A stretch of 64,000 nucleotides of DNA from Octopus vulgaris (lineage: Eukaryota): positions 122,760,001-122,824,000 of the forward strand of contig OX597817.1 of the NCBI GenBank assembly GCA_951406725.2. Reading direction: 5' to 3'. How positions within the stretch are numbered: position 1 is the stretch's first letter; each line of letters starts with the position of its first letter. A program made the position numbers and the translations under genes. Shown here piece by piece: positions 12,382 to 25,305 of the stretch. Below the pieces are notes generated by a model, which did not search any database, was not told the DNA's origin, and worked only from the letters and a program-made list of their open reading frames with translations.

Positions 12382-13168
12382 GTAACATACGTAGGGGAAA
12401 CTGCAAGAAGCATTGGTGAGCGGGTGAATGAACATTGGAGACAACTCAAGGAAGGTAAAAGCTCATCGATTCTGTACCAACACGCCGAACAAGAACACGG
12501 GGGATCAATCAATAACATAGAGATTAAGATATTGTCCACACATAGAACAGATGCAACAATTAGACAAATTACAGAAGCTACACATATAATAGAAAATAAA
12601 CCTAGCCTGAATAGAAAACTAGAATGGAGCAATAGCGCACACCACAACATATGACAATAGTGGATCCTGCAAACATAATAAATACACAGGTAATTAAAGA
12701 AATAGAAATGAATATCTATGTGTATGTATATGTGTATATATATGTATATGTATATGTGTATATATGTGTGTATATATGTATATATATATATGTATATGTA
12801 TGTGTATGTATATATATATATATATGTATATGTATATTCTTTTTTTTTTTTTTTTCTCGATTAGATTTGTTATTATTATTACTAATATTGTTGTTATACA
12901 TACATACAAGCATATGTAATGATAATAATGGGTGGATGTAAACACATGAACAAAATTAGAACAAAAGCAACAACAACAAAAACAAAATACAAATTACAAG
13001 AATGTATATAACCAGAAGATACAAATATTACAGACATCCCCCCCCACACACTAAATAAACATAGACGCACATAGAGATATAAGCATGCGCAAATGAAGAC
13101 ATACAATAGAAATACAAAATGGCTGACGGTTAGTAAGGAGAGACACAAGTAAGTGAGAAGAAAACAAA

Positions 13169-13213
13169 GGACCACTGATGCGGTCACAGGAGTGTGACGA
13201 AAGAACTTTGGCC
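13169..13213 (+). ncRNA. variant minimal hammerhead motif in the Penelope terminal repeat (mirror copy at 11102-11146, minus strand)
   Basis: ggacca-CTGATG-CG-gtcaca ggag tgtgac-GAAA-gaac-TT-tggcc; position 9 is C rather than A. Confidence 0.55.
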
Positions 13214-13388
13214 GAAATAAGATTAAGATTAATGTAAAAAATAAATATCACTGAAGCAAAATAACACCAAATATATAGTGCGTGTGTTTTTATTGGCTAA
13301 ACTGGCAATATGACCATTCCGAAATATAACAATATCTGTTTCAACACACGACTTCACATAAAAAATCTTGCACAACAAATATTTAAAC

Positions 13389-13434
<46 letters not shown>

Positions 13435-14088
13435 ACATTAGGGAAGTAGCATATTTTACCTTTATCTACTTTCAGATCATCTGCATAAATGTTTATATTT
13501 TGATCAAGAAAATTGCCACAAAGATGTAAAACTCATGTTTATGGATCTGATTGTTTGTGTAAACACACTTGGCTTTTGGGTAATGCACCACAACTATGAT
13601 TTTGTTGTCATCTACCCTTTGAAACAGCTGACAGAAAAATGAAAGTTTAACCTTACTTTCAAACTTTCTTGGAGAATTTTCACTTAGATAATCGAAAATG
13701 GTTCTTAAAGGTATGACAGTCATTAAATAATGTAAGACACATATCAGGTAAGGATTCTGTATGCAAATGAAGAAGGTAAAATGAGGTAATGGGACATCCC
13801 TGCATGATTTCCAAGGTACCACAAGTAAATTTTCAAAAGTTTGTATACTATTAGTAACAATTATTGTACTTAAAGAAGTTATCCTCATCCAGCTGCCTGA
13901 CCTATGTCATTTGATTTCTCATCGATAATAAAACTGCATAAGATACAGAGAAAAATTTTTGATGCATTAAAAGATGCAAAACATTGGGTCTTATAAGCCA
14001 GCAAATATGGTATGTATATAAAGACTAAAATTACTGAGACACCTTAATTTTTTTGCTATTGAAGGCATAACTATGTAACATTTTATAA

Positions 14089-14139
<51 letters not shown>

Positions 14140-14729
14140 CATGCACACACATATATATGTGTGTGTGTATCCGAAAAATAGGGGTTGGAAGTAGATAAAA
14201 TCCAGGCTACATATGTTTCATAGCTAGCAGAATCTTGGAAAGAATAATTACTCAAACAAGAGTTAATCCACTAAAGATACCTTAATCAAATGAAGGTTAT
14301 ATTGTCATCAAGGTATCTCATGTTAACTCTCTTAAGATTTGATTGAAAATGCAAGGAAAGCACAAACTGACACACACATACACACACATACACACACATA
14401 CACACACATGTATATATGGTAAATGAAAGACGGATGGTAGAACATACGAGAATTTGTTATTAATCACGACAATAATTTTTTAAGAGATCTGGATATCTTT
14501 CTTACTGCTAACCATACAACTTCAAATTACAATTGCTATTTGTCGGAAGTCAAATAGAATGAGATGTACATATAGTGTCATCATATAGCCATTAGGTCTT
14601 TAAATATTATGTTACTGGGTTTGGTCTTTCTATGGTAGCCATGATGGGGTATCACCTTCAAAAATTTAATTGATAATACTCACCTCAGTACGTATTTCAA
14701 TCTGGCATTTACTTTATAGATCTCTTCTT

Positions 14730-14962
14730 ATTTCTTTATTACCCACAAGGGGCTAAACATAGAGGGAACAAACAAGGACAGACAAAGGGATTAAGTTGAT
14801 TACATCGACCCCCAGTGCGTAAATGGTACTTAATTTATCGACCCTCGAAAAAATGAAAGGCAAAGTCGACCTCGATGGAATTTGAACTCAGAACATAGCG
14901 GAAGACGAAATACTGCTAAGCATTTCATCCGGCGTGCTAACGTTTCTGCCAACTCGCTGCCT
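14730..14962 (-). mobile_element. SINE family C with TSD, nested in an older SINE remnant
   Basis: direct repeat ctttatagatctcttctt at 14712-14729 and 14961-14978. Confidence 0.85.
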
Positions 14963-15324
14963 TTATAGATCTCTTCTTGATGAACTGCTAACTTTGAGAC
15001 ATAATGGGACACAATTCTCGATTTAACAGCAAATGTAAACACACACACACATGTTAGGTGCCAGAATGGTTGTGTGGTTGAGAAGTTTTCATGGTACCTT
15101 GGGCAAGTGTTTTCAACTGTAACCCTTGGCCAACTGCAGACTTGTGACTGAGTGTCATTGATGGCCACTGCAGTGTTGTTTATCAGAAAATGTCTGAAAA
15201 ACATGTTTTTAAAGAAGAGTTGTTTGCTTCATAGTTTTCAAGTGCTGATTCTGCCCATAAAAAAGAAACAAAATAATACAAGGTGGGTGTAGGTAATAAC
15301 AACCAGGCAACGCTGGGGTGTATG

Positions 15325-15730
<406 letters not shown>

Positions 15731-16345
15731 GTTTGTGTACTGTAGATTGGCTTAAGTGCACTGTTAATCTTATTACGGGTGTTTATCAGAATTTTTTTCA
15801 TCTAACAAGTGAACTGAATTTTGTGAAGTGAAAGAATAAAAAAAAAACAAAGAATACATAGATTTTTAAACATAAAGACAATGACTGTTACAATGTATTG
15901 AAAATAGAAAACCATAAAAAAATCATTCATTGAACAGATATCTATTCTGATACAATTACTACTAAGTTCTTCTGCTGATACAAATCAACTTATTTTGAGA
16001 CCTATCTTGCACATGAAAAGAAACCTGGGAATAACATGTTGAAATATTTGAGCTCCCTTAACACTGTTTTAGGTTAATTTCTATGAAATCCTTTTATCTG
16101 TACTATGTACATGCAGGAACATAATGCCTGATGACGATCAGAGATCAAATCAATCGAAATATAATGTAGATATCAATATTGAAAATGTTTCATCTCTGAA
16201 GATGAGGTTAATAGATCGAAAAATAAAAAAAATTATAATCTTCCTTTTATTGGAATTGTGAAATATACTACAAATAGTATTTTGAATATAGGACTTCTCA
16301 TATAATGGTAAGATATGTTACTTTAATCAGTATCTCTCTGGCTGT

Positions 16346-16850
16346 ATACATACATACATACATACATACATACATACATACATACATACATACATACATA
16401 CATACATACATACATACATACATACATACATACATACATACATACATACATACATACACACATACATGCATACATACATACATACATACATACATACATA
16501 CATGCATGCATGCATGCATGCATACATACATACATACATACATACATACATACATACATACATACATGCATGCATACATACATACATACACACATACATA
16601 CACACATACATACATACATACATACATACATACATACATACATACATACACACATACATGCATACATACATACATACATACATACATACATACATACATA
16701 CATGCATGCATGCATGCATGCATACATACATACATACATACATACATACACACATACATGCATGCATACATACACACATACATACACACATACATACACA
16801 CATACATGCATGCATGCATACATACATACATACATACATACATACATGTA
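16346..16850. repeat. ~500-bp (CATA)n tetranucleotide array with CATG/CACA variants
   Basis: directly visible. Confidence 0.95.
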
Positions 16851-17289
16851 TGCATGTATATTCGTATGTATGTATTGATATAAAAACAACATTCTCGTAT
16901 AAGAATAATAATTTTGTACTCTACTAAAGTATCAAATAACTCATCAGATTAATGTAAAAGTGTTTTTACTAATACTGAACATAAAAACAAACCTTAATAT
17001 ATTGATACACAAACAGATAGATAGGAACAAATACATTTATCATATATATATAAATATATAGGTGTGTGTGTTTATGTATGTTTATGCGTATTTATATGTG
17101 AAAGAAATGTGTTGTATGGAGAAGAAGTTTGCTTCCCAACAATATACATTTGGGTTCAGTCTTACTGTATACTATCTTGGGCAAGTGTCAAGTGCCTTCT
17201 ACTATAGCTCTGGATTGAACAAATCTTTTAAGTGGATTGGGTAGAGGAAAACTGAAAGCAGCCTATATATATATATATATGTATATATA

Positions 17290-17472
17290 TGAGTTTTTTT
17301 CCTCTGTCTTCCTTTCTCGGGATCTTTCCTTCTCCTATGTTTCCGACGAAGAGCTCTGCTCGAAACATTAAAACCCTCCTTCTTTCCTTCTTTCCTGAGC
17401 ATCCAATAATACTATATTTGTTCCACGTCCTCGCATTGTTGTGTTGTTTTGTGCTTTCTTGTTTGGATTAAC

Positions 17473-17474
<2 letters not shown>
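17290..17474 (+). mobile_element. ~185-bp non-coding repeat carrying a CCGACGA-core hammerhead-like motif (17339-17374), between (TA)n tracts
   Basis: gttt-CCGACGA-a-gagc tct gctc-GAAA-catta-aaac; homologous inverted copy at 20700-20895 and partial copy at ~24947-25020. Confidence 0.6.
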
Positions 17475-17503
<29 letters not shown>

Positions 17504-17918
17504 ATATTTATCAACACTTGCTGTATCTGGTCCTAAGGCCCTATCCTATTTATTCATTTCATTTTTTTGTTCGTATGTATATATTTTATTTGTTTGTGTC
17601 TTTGTCCCTCGTCTGTCCACTAATGATTCCATCTTGAATATCATTTCACTTGTATATTGTATATTGCACATTTATTTCATGTTTGTATGTTCACTTTCTG
17701 TATTGCATATTTATTTATTTCTTGTTTGTTCACTTTCTGTCATATCTAGTCCCCTTTTACATCAGCTTGCTATTTTTCAGTGGCTTCTCACTACTGGTGC
17801 TACCAAAGGTGAGCAATATTATCATTTGAAGTTATGAAATTGCATTGATCCTTCGTCCAATAATTAATGAGGATTTGGCAACCTTATGTATTTGTTTGTG
17901 CACTTATTTTATAGTTTT

Positions 17919-18013
<95 letters not shown>

Positions 18014-18021
18014 TATATACA

Positions 18022-18063
<42 letters not shown>

Positions 18064-18526
18064 CATATTACCTTGAATGATGTAATGCTCAGTGGGGATT
18101 TTTCTGTACACCAGCAGTGTCAATATTTTCATTTTTGTTATCAATGGAAATATACTGGATTTGCACAGCTGAAGACGTATCAATCAATAAATGTAGTGCT
18201 CTCTTTGCATCGGTGTTGAGGTCTACCTCTTTTGTCATCACACAAGGTTTTTCAATATATATATGTATCTGTGCGTATGTGAATGTTTGTGTCACCTTGT
18301 CTGTCATCAGATATTTGTAAATGAGTATCACTGTCAAACAAGCAGTGTCAGTCATCTCCAGTATTCTGCAAATCATGTGTGATTATGGGAAAATATAACC
18401 TTGCTTGGGACCAAGTGGAGGTTAGTAGCACAAAGGGAATTCAACTGTAGAAAATCTGTCTTGATAAACTTTGTCCAATGCATGCAAGCATAGAAAAGTG
18501 CAGAATAATATGATGTTGATTATTAT

Positions 18527-18728
18527 ATTTGAGCTGGTATGAGAAAGTTCCCAGATGAAGGAGTGGCTGCGTGGTAAGTCGCTTGTTTACCATCCACTGG
18601 TTCTGGGTTTAGTCCTACTGCATGGCACCTTGGGCAAGTAGCTTCTACTATAGCCGCAGGCTGACCAAAACCTTGCGAATGGATTTGGTAGACGGAAACT
18701 GAAAGAAGCCCGGTGTATATATGTGTGT

Positions 18729-18774
<46 letters not shown>

Positions 18775-19275
18775 TTGTGTGTCTGACAACCGCTTGACAA
18801 CCAACGCTGGAGTGTTTGCATCCCCGTAACTTAGCGGTTCGGTAAAAGAGACTGATAGAATAAGTACTAGGCTTACAAAGAATAAGTCCTGGGGGTCTAT
18901 TTGCTCGACTAAAGGCGGTGCTCCAGCATGGCCACAGTCAAATGACCGAAATAAGTAAAAGAGTAAAAGACTAGTTATGTTTGATAAAAAATAACATATT
19001 TTCCTAAGTTTTAACATCATCTTCTTCGAAATAGTCTCCTTGTGCAACAATATACTAATCCCAGCATTCCCACTACCTTTGAAATCCAGCCTGGAAGTCG
19101 TTTCCTGCAAGTGAGTCAAAGATCTTCTGCGATTCATTCTGGATCTCAACTACTGTGTTAAAACAGCAACCTTTGACCTATATTTACATCTTGGAGAAGA
19201 GATGGAAGTCCACAGGTGCTAAATCTGGCAAATAGGGTAGGTGCAGAAGTGATATCATGCTTGTTTTTCAGCTAT
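18527..19275 (-). pseudogene. mariner transposase C-terminal fragment with terminal repeat split by a SINE
   Basis: minus strand LLHLPYLPDLAPVDFHLFSKM*..GCCFNTVVEIQ..QGDYFEEDD; TIR-like gagctggtatgagaaagttcc at ~18530. Confidence 0.75.
18560..18970 (+). mobile_element. SINE family B
   Basis: full family-B body with internal (TG)n. Confidence 0.85.
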
Positions 19276-19292
19276 ATGAACTACTGACTGAT

Positions 19293-19609
19293 ATACAAGG
19301 TGGTATCAAAAAACCACCTGGACGAGTTCTGTATTGCACCAACAGATGGCAGCACATGGCTGCATGCCCAGTGAGTGAGAGTTAGAAGTGACCTTCATGA
19401 GACAGTGAGAAACACACAACTGAGGAAAGCTTGATGATGGAGTGGGAGGCGAGCTCGGAGACAGAGAGCTCAGAGAGAGAGAGCAACGTCACTCAGCACA
19501 CTAGCTCATGAAGGTCACAGCTAACTCTCAATGTGCCATCATCCATGTGCTGCCATCTGTTGGCGCACAACAGAACTAGTCCAGAAACTTTTTTGATACC
19601 ACCTTGTAT
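19293..19609. mobile_element. mariner-derived MITE with ~110-bp imperfect arms
   Basis: TA-CAAGGTGGTATCAAAAA ... TTTTTGATACCACCTTG-TA; internal ccaacagatggcagcacatgg present in both arms. Confidence 0.7.
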
Positions 19610-19652
19610 ATCAGTCAGTAGTTCATTGGTTGTCAAGCGGTTGTCAGACACA

Positions 19653-19704
<52 letters not shown>

Positions 19705-19923
19705 CACATATATACACCGGGCTTCTTTCAGTTTCCGTCTACCAAATCCACTCACAAGGTTAGAGTAGTAATATTTAGAAGGTCGTTTGTTATGGCTGGC
19801 CATTGGATTTGCACCTACAAGGTGCTTAGCTGTATAAGTGATTTGTCAGACTCAACAGAATCAAAAACAATACTCACATGCAAAATTAAAGGTGTAAAAT
19901 GGTGACAGTTTACCCATTACATC

Positions 19924-19978
<55 letters not shown>

Positions 19979-20055
19979 TAAGGGTAGAAATTGATATTTA
20001 TCAATTAAGACCAGTGGTCTAGCATATTAAAAAAGAATCCGAAGATTAAAATATT

Positions 20056-20211
20056 TATATATACCAATTAAGGACTGAACACGAAAAGTGGACAGTCAAC
20101 ATGCTAGATATAGACGTCAAATCGCCATTCTGTGGAGAATGGCGATTTGACGTCTATATCTAGCATGTTGACTGTCCACTTTTCGTGTTCAGTCCTTAAT
20201 TGGTATATATA
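20056..20211. repeat. perfect 76-bp inverted repeat with 4-nt loop
   Basis: 20056-20131 is the reverse complement of 20136-20211; loop GTGG. Confidence 0.92.
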
Positions 20212-20221
20212 TATATATATA

Positions 20222-20547
20222 TAAACACACACTTCGTTTTCGAATTTGGTTTGCAAGATTCTTTATGTGAGTTCATGTGTTGAAGTATATTTTGTTGTGT
20301 ATGGGGAGAGTCCTTCTCTTTTAGGGCCTAATTATTTAACACACTCACTGGTAAAGTTTCCCTTTGTTTACTTATTTATTTTCCTAAAATTTTCGTTGTA
20401 TTGTGCAACCTTTTCAATAGTCGACTATTGAAAAGGTTGCATGATACAACGAAAATTTTAGGAAAAATAAACAAGCAAATGAGTGGGAACTTTACTGGTG
20501 AGTGTGTTAAATAATAAGGCACTAAAAGAGAATGACTCTCCCCAGAT
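20222..20547. mobile_element. palindromic Penelope-terminus-like module with two hammerhead-like motifs (20384-20420 minus, 20425-20461 plus)
   Basis: palindrome centred on TCGA (20421-20424) with ~125-bp imperfect arms; cta-TTGAAAAG-gttg catgata caac-GAAA-at-TT-tag; left extension similar to the Penelope tail at 13311-13380. Confidence 0.7.
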
Positions 20548-20557
20548 GCAATTAAAG

Positions 20558-20895
<338 letters not shown>

Positions 20896-22084
20896 AGGTT
20901 TTGACTACTATTTCAAGCATGGTGGTATTTCTTAGATATTCTTATTTATAGTTCCAATAACAATTATATAATACATATGTTGAGAAATATCTCAAGTGCA
21001 TTCTTCAGGCACAAACCACATATCATAATGAACTAAAAAATATTGAATACGAGAATATACATGAGAAAAGAATAAGGAGAATATAAAGACATAAGCAATT
21101 GAGAAATAAGATGAACTTTATTCAGTGATAAACATCAAAATATCATGACAAATTTGTTTCAGTAGTCCCAAAAGATATGCATACATATGTACATACATAC
21201 AGGTATGCATACTTACATATTTATTTATTTTTAATAACCAGCAGGAATTAGAGAATAACTCAAGGCTCAAGTGTTTTGTGCATAGGTGCAAGTAGTAATG
21301 CACACATGACACTCTGTATCTTCTGATAATTAATGATAACAAAATATATATACTCTCATTTCTTTTAGTTCTAGTTTAGTGTTTGTATTACCTAAACTAT
21401 ATATACACACATGTATATGACTATACCCAGTTTTTAGTAGATGTATATAACTGTATGATTTTACAGGAGAATCTACTTCTAAAAGCATTATTTACAGATA
21501 CTGATGTAATATAAAGAAATAGCAAAAAACACGTGAGAAATATACTGGTAAAAGTGCCTGTTCCTCTGATGTAATCTCAGCTCTAACTGTTGAATAATAC
21601 AAGAATATGAATAGGAAATATGAAAAATATAAGTTTTAGCAGTAACAAAGGTGAAAAAGTTTTAAAATGTTATGAAAACCAATTTCAAAGAAATGATTGA
21701 AAATAAATACATATGAGGGAAAAAATTGATAGAATGAAGTAAATCAAAATATCTTGCAAAATAAGAAATGCTGTGTTAAAAATGGTCCAGTGTGAACCTA
21801 ATCCCAACAGTTGAAATTTGTAGAGTATGACATAAACTATATAAAGTACAGAAATGAATATGTATTTATGATTGAAGTAGTCAACAGACAACTATTTGAA
21901 CTATTTTTAATCAGTGGCTTCTTCTTAAACAGAAAATTGGCTCTTGCTGCACAGGAGCTAAAGATTTTGTAGTGTTTATGCTTTAGCAATGGCATGTGTA
22001 GAAGAAATGAAATAGTTACTGATACATGTCGAAATTCTGTTGCCATAAGCCTTCAGCTAATGTAACAATATTCATTATGGTGCT

Positions 22085-22500
22085 GGTATGGCTGTATGGT
22101 AAGAAGCTTGCTTCCAAACCACATGGTTCTGGGTTCAGTCTTGCTCTGTGGAACATTGGGCAAGTGTCTTTTACTATAACACTGGACTGACCAAAGCCTT
22201 GTGAATGGATTTGGTAGATGGAAACTGAAAGAATCCCATTAGATATATATATATATATATATATATATGCATATAACTAGTGTGTATCTTTGTAACTGTG
22301 TTTGTCCTCCACCACCATTTGACAGCTGGTGTTGGTGTGTTTTCATTCCCATAACTTAACAGTTCAGCAAAAGAGGATGATAAAATAAGTATCAGGTTTA
22401 AAGAAAATCAATCCTGGGGTTGATTTGTTCAACTAAAACCGTTCAAGGCAGTGCCCCAGCATGGCCTCAGCCTAACGGCTGAAACAAATAAAGGATAAAA
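22085..22500 (+). mobile_element. SINE family B (older copy)
   Basis: family-B motifs in order. Confidence 0.75.
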
Positions 22501-22697
22501 GACGTGCATGGTATATTTGATTATTTTAAATAAGTCATGGCCAGTTTGCAGCAACCAGTATCTCCCCTCACCCATGTACTTAAGATAAGAGAATGTAATT
22601 TTAGGGAAACCTGTCTGCTACCTCTATCAGATATAGTGACCATATAGATGTTCCTTTCTTATTCTGTCGAGCACCTAGGGACAAAATATAGATATTG

Positions 22698-22873
22698 ACA
22701 AATATAGCAATCAAGAGATATGAAGATCAACAAATCTGGTGATCAGCAGATCTGGTGATCAACAGGTACAGTGATCAAGTGATAATGTGAGTAATGAATA
22801 TGAGGATCAACAGATATGTAAACCAATAGAAATGGTAATCTACAGATATTGTAATCAACAGATATAATGACAT
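22698..22873. repeat. degenerate 16-bp minisatellite, ~11 units (consensus ~ACAGATATGGTGATCA)
   Basis: units such as acaaatctggtgatca, gcagatctggtgatca, acaggtacagtgatca, acagatattgtaatca in 16-bp register. Confidence 0.75.
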
Positions 22874-24075
22874 GTGGCTATGATATCTGAGAGTAGCAAA
22901 AGATGATAAAATTAGCACAAACCCTGATGTGAGAAATTAACTGTAAATGATAACTGTAGTATCTCGACTCTGATTCAATTTTCCCAATTTCTTGAAAAAA
23001 TAAAGATGATAATTACAGATTCATGTAAAAACTTAGGTTAGCCTTAAAGATAATGACCAGCAAAAACAAATGCTTGGTTCTTTTATCTTATTATTGTTTT
23101 AGAAATTTACTTGTCTGGCTGATGATTTAATCTGAGATCAAATGTGAAACTACAACAATTACAGCCTGGAAGATGCAGATTAGCCACTCAAAAACACACA
23201 AAGACTGGTCACTGTCAGGAATACTGTGGAATTGCATCAATGACCAGGTCACAGATGGTGCAATAAAAATTCTGACCAAATAATAAATGTTTAAATGAAG
23301 TTAACAGTCTTTGGATGGCTAATATGTGATTTCCATGCTTGTTAAGATTACTGTATGATCCAGCCATTCTTTTATTAATTTACAAGTTTCATGGACTGTG
23401 ACTATGTTGTGGTACCAATATTTTGGAACAAACAAATGGTAAATGAAATGATTTATTTCAGTTTTCTGCTTGGCGACACATTAAGACAATTTGAGAAAGA
23501 TTTAGGAGATTTCAATGTGAAGGTTATTTTTAGTAGCATATTTATGCAGTAGAGTAGCAATAATGACTGAAAGGGTGAATGTGGAATATTATATTGCCTA
23601 TGATTGAATAAGAATTGATAATATGAATATGACAATGATATTGAGTGAAAACAATTTTCCATTTTACAAAGTGAATTTGAAAATTCTTTTATGAAATGAC
23701 TTCTTCAAAAAGAATTTTGCTAAGAAACAGTAGAATGTATAGATATACTTTTCTTTATCTAATTTGTAAACAAAAACAATCTATAAACCATAACAATAGT
23801 ATTTCTTATACAATTTTCATAGTTCCATTTTAAGAGTTATGTTTATATAGCTATCAAAGCAAGATTTTGAAAATGTCATTGTTTTATAGTATCTGAAATG
23901 TCAAAGTTTATCCAGAAGTTATTATCAAAAGTTTCTTGCAGTTTTGTTTGCTTTATATTTTGTTCATTTTCTTTTTACTTCCTACCTTGCACCATCAGAT
24001 CGATAAATGTTATGTGCTTGTCATAGAATTATTGTGGTAAAATACAAAAGTTGCTTCCCGTTGCCTTCTTTTCAG

Positions 24076-24265
24076 TCTACTTTACTAGACACTATCTTTT
24101 TTGACTAAAGACAGGAAAATTCGCCACCCCTACCTGGACACACAGAATATAAAGAACTGGAAAAAATACAACAAAATATTTTGTCTAATGTGCTAACGAT
24201 CCTGCAGATCCTTTTTATACTTTGCTTCATTGGCCTCAAAAAGATAACAGGCAAAGATGACATTG
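24076..24265 (+). other. candidate host-gene exon
   Basis: pyrimidine tract plus AG (ttgccttcttttcag) and strong donor G|GTGAGT around non-repetitive sequence; ends in aagATGACATTG; no homology recognised. Confidence 0.3.
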
Positions 24266-25053
24266 GTGAGTTTTGAACTTTGAACATAATGTGTTGGAAC
24301 GAAATTATTGTGAAGCATTTTGATCAATGTTCTAAATACTCTGTCAGTTTGGCACCATTTATTATTACTAGCTGTTCATTATTTCTTGCACAAAAATAGA
24401 CAGTAAGCAACTTGAGACAAATAGCTGTACACTTAACCTTCTAAAGTATATAGACATTGATCTTCTGCATAATCAAGTTCAAATTTTGTTGGAGTCAAAG
24501 TCAACTTTGATATTTTTCCTCCTGAAAGTTAATAAAATGTGATATGGATTCCAAGGTACATCCAGTGAACACTCTGTGATAAATCATCAGTGATGCTTCT
24601 GGATTTGCCGCAGACCTCCTCAACCAATACACCCAGTTAGGGATCAAGTACCAGGTTGCTTCTCATTAGGGACTAGCCAAGAGAATCTACCCTCTTTGTC
24701 TAAAGCCACCCAGTAGCTTTCTCTTCATCTTTCCACAAGAAATTCATGCAATCTGATTTTTTACTTCCATTCACTATAAACCTGAAAGCTTCATTTAGAT
24801 AAAAAGACATAAATATTTACAACATGGAACGTGTATGCAGGTGCGTGAGTGCGCATGTGTGCAAGCATATGCATATATTTGTTTGTTGTCTACACCACTT
24901 GTCTTCATCTTTTGTTTTTTTGTGAATTCTCCCTATATATATATAAAGTTAATCCAAACATGAAAACACAAAGAGAAAACACAACAACGCAAGGACGAGG
25001 AACAAATATAGTATTATTGGTATATATACTAAATATAGTATATATATATATAT

Positions 25054-25093
<40 letters not shown>

Positions 25094-25099
25094 GTACTA

Positions 25100-25305
25100 G
25101 CCGTCGCGTCGGTGGCACGTAAAAGCACCCACTATACTCTCAGAGTGGTTGGCGTTAGGAAGGGCATCGAGCTGTAGAAACTCTGCCAGATCAGGTTGGA
25201 GCCTGGCACAGCCATCTGGTTCGCCAGTCCTCAGTCAAATCGTCCAACCCATGCTAGCATGGAAAGCGGACGTTAATTGATGATGCTGATGATGATGATA
25301 TGATG
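25100..25305 (+). mobile_element. RTE LINE 3'-UTR fragment with (GAT)n tail
   Basis: matches the 3' end of the adjacent LINE (gcacccactac..gagtggttggcgttaggaagggcatc..aacccatgctagcatggaaagcggacgtt). Confidence 0.8.

Larger units (their letters stand above)
10981..13392 (-). mobile_element. 5'-truncated Penelope-like retroelement with inverted 3' duplication, inserted in (TA)n
   Basis: arms 10981-11937 and 12382-13334 are reverse complements, apparently differing only at the poly-A/T run; 444-bp spacer; ~58-bp extra tail at 13335-13392; (TA)n on both sides; GIY-YIG ORF. Confidence 0.92.
10690..14012. mobile_element. possible old Tc2/pogo-like DNA transposon hosting the Penelope insertion
   Basis: right end gtcttataagccagcaaatatggta and repeated ataagatgcac-like motifs near 10815-10850 and 13938 resemble Tc2/pogo termini; left end poorly preserved. 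Confidence 0.25.

Noticed and set aside
12376-12654. 92-aa [12 protein letters not shown].. and the first ~21 aa of ORF 11665-12444
   Set aside because: Created by the inversion junction; the short ORF lacks the first GIY-YIG motif and the long ORF's N-terminus is read from the inverted arm.
16120-16225. CTGATGA..GAAA and CTGAAGA..GAAA hammerhead-like pairs
   Set aside because: Stems I and II do not pair convincingly; possibly old relics but unsupported.
23110-23160. CTGATGA..GAAA motif
   Set aside because: No stem III/UH site or stem I; compatible with chance.
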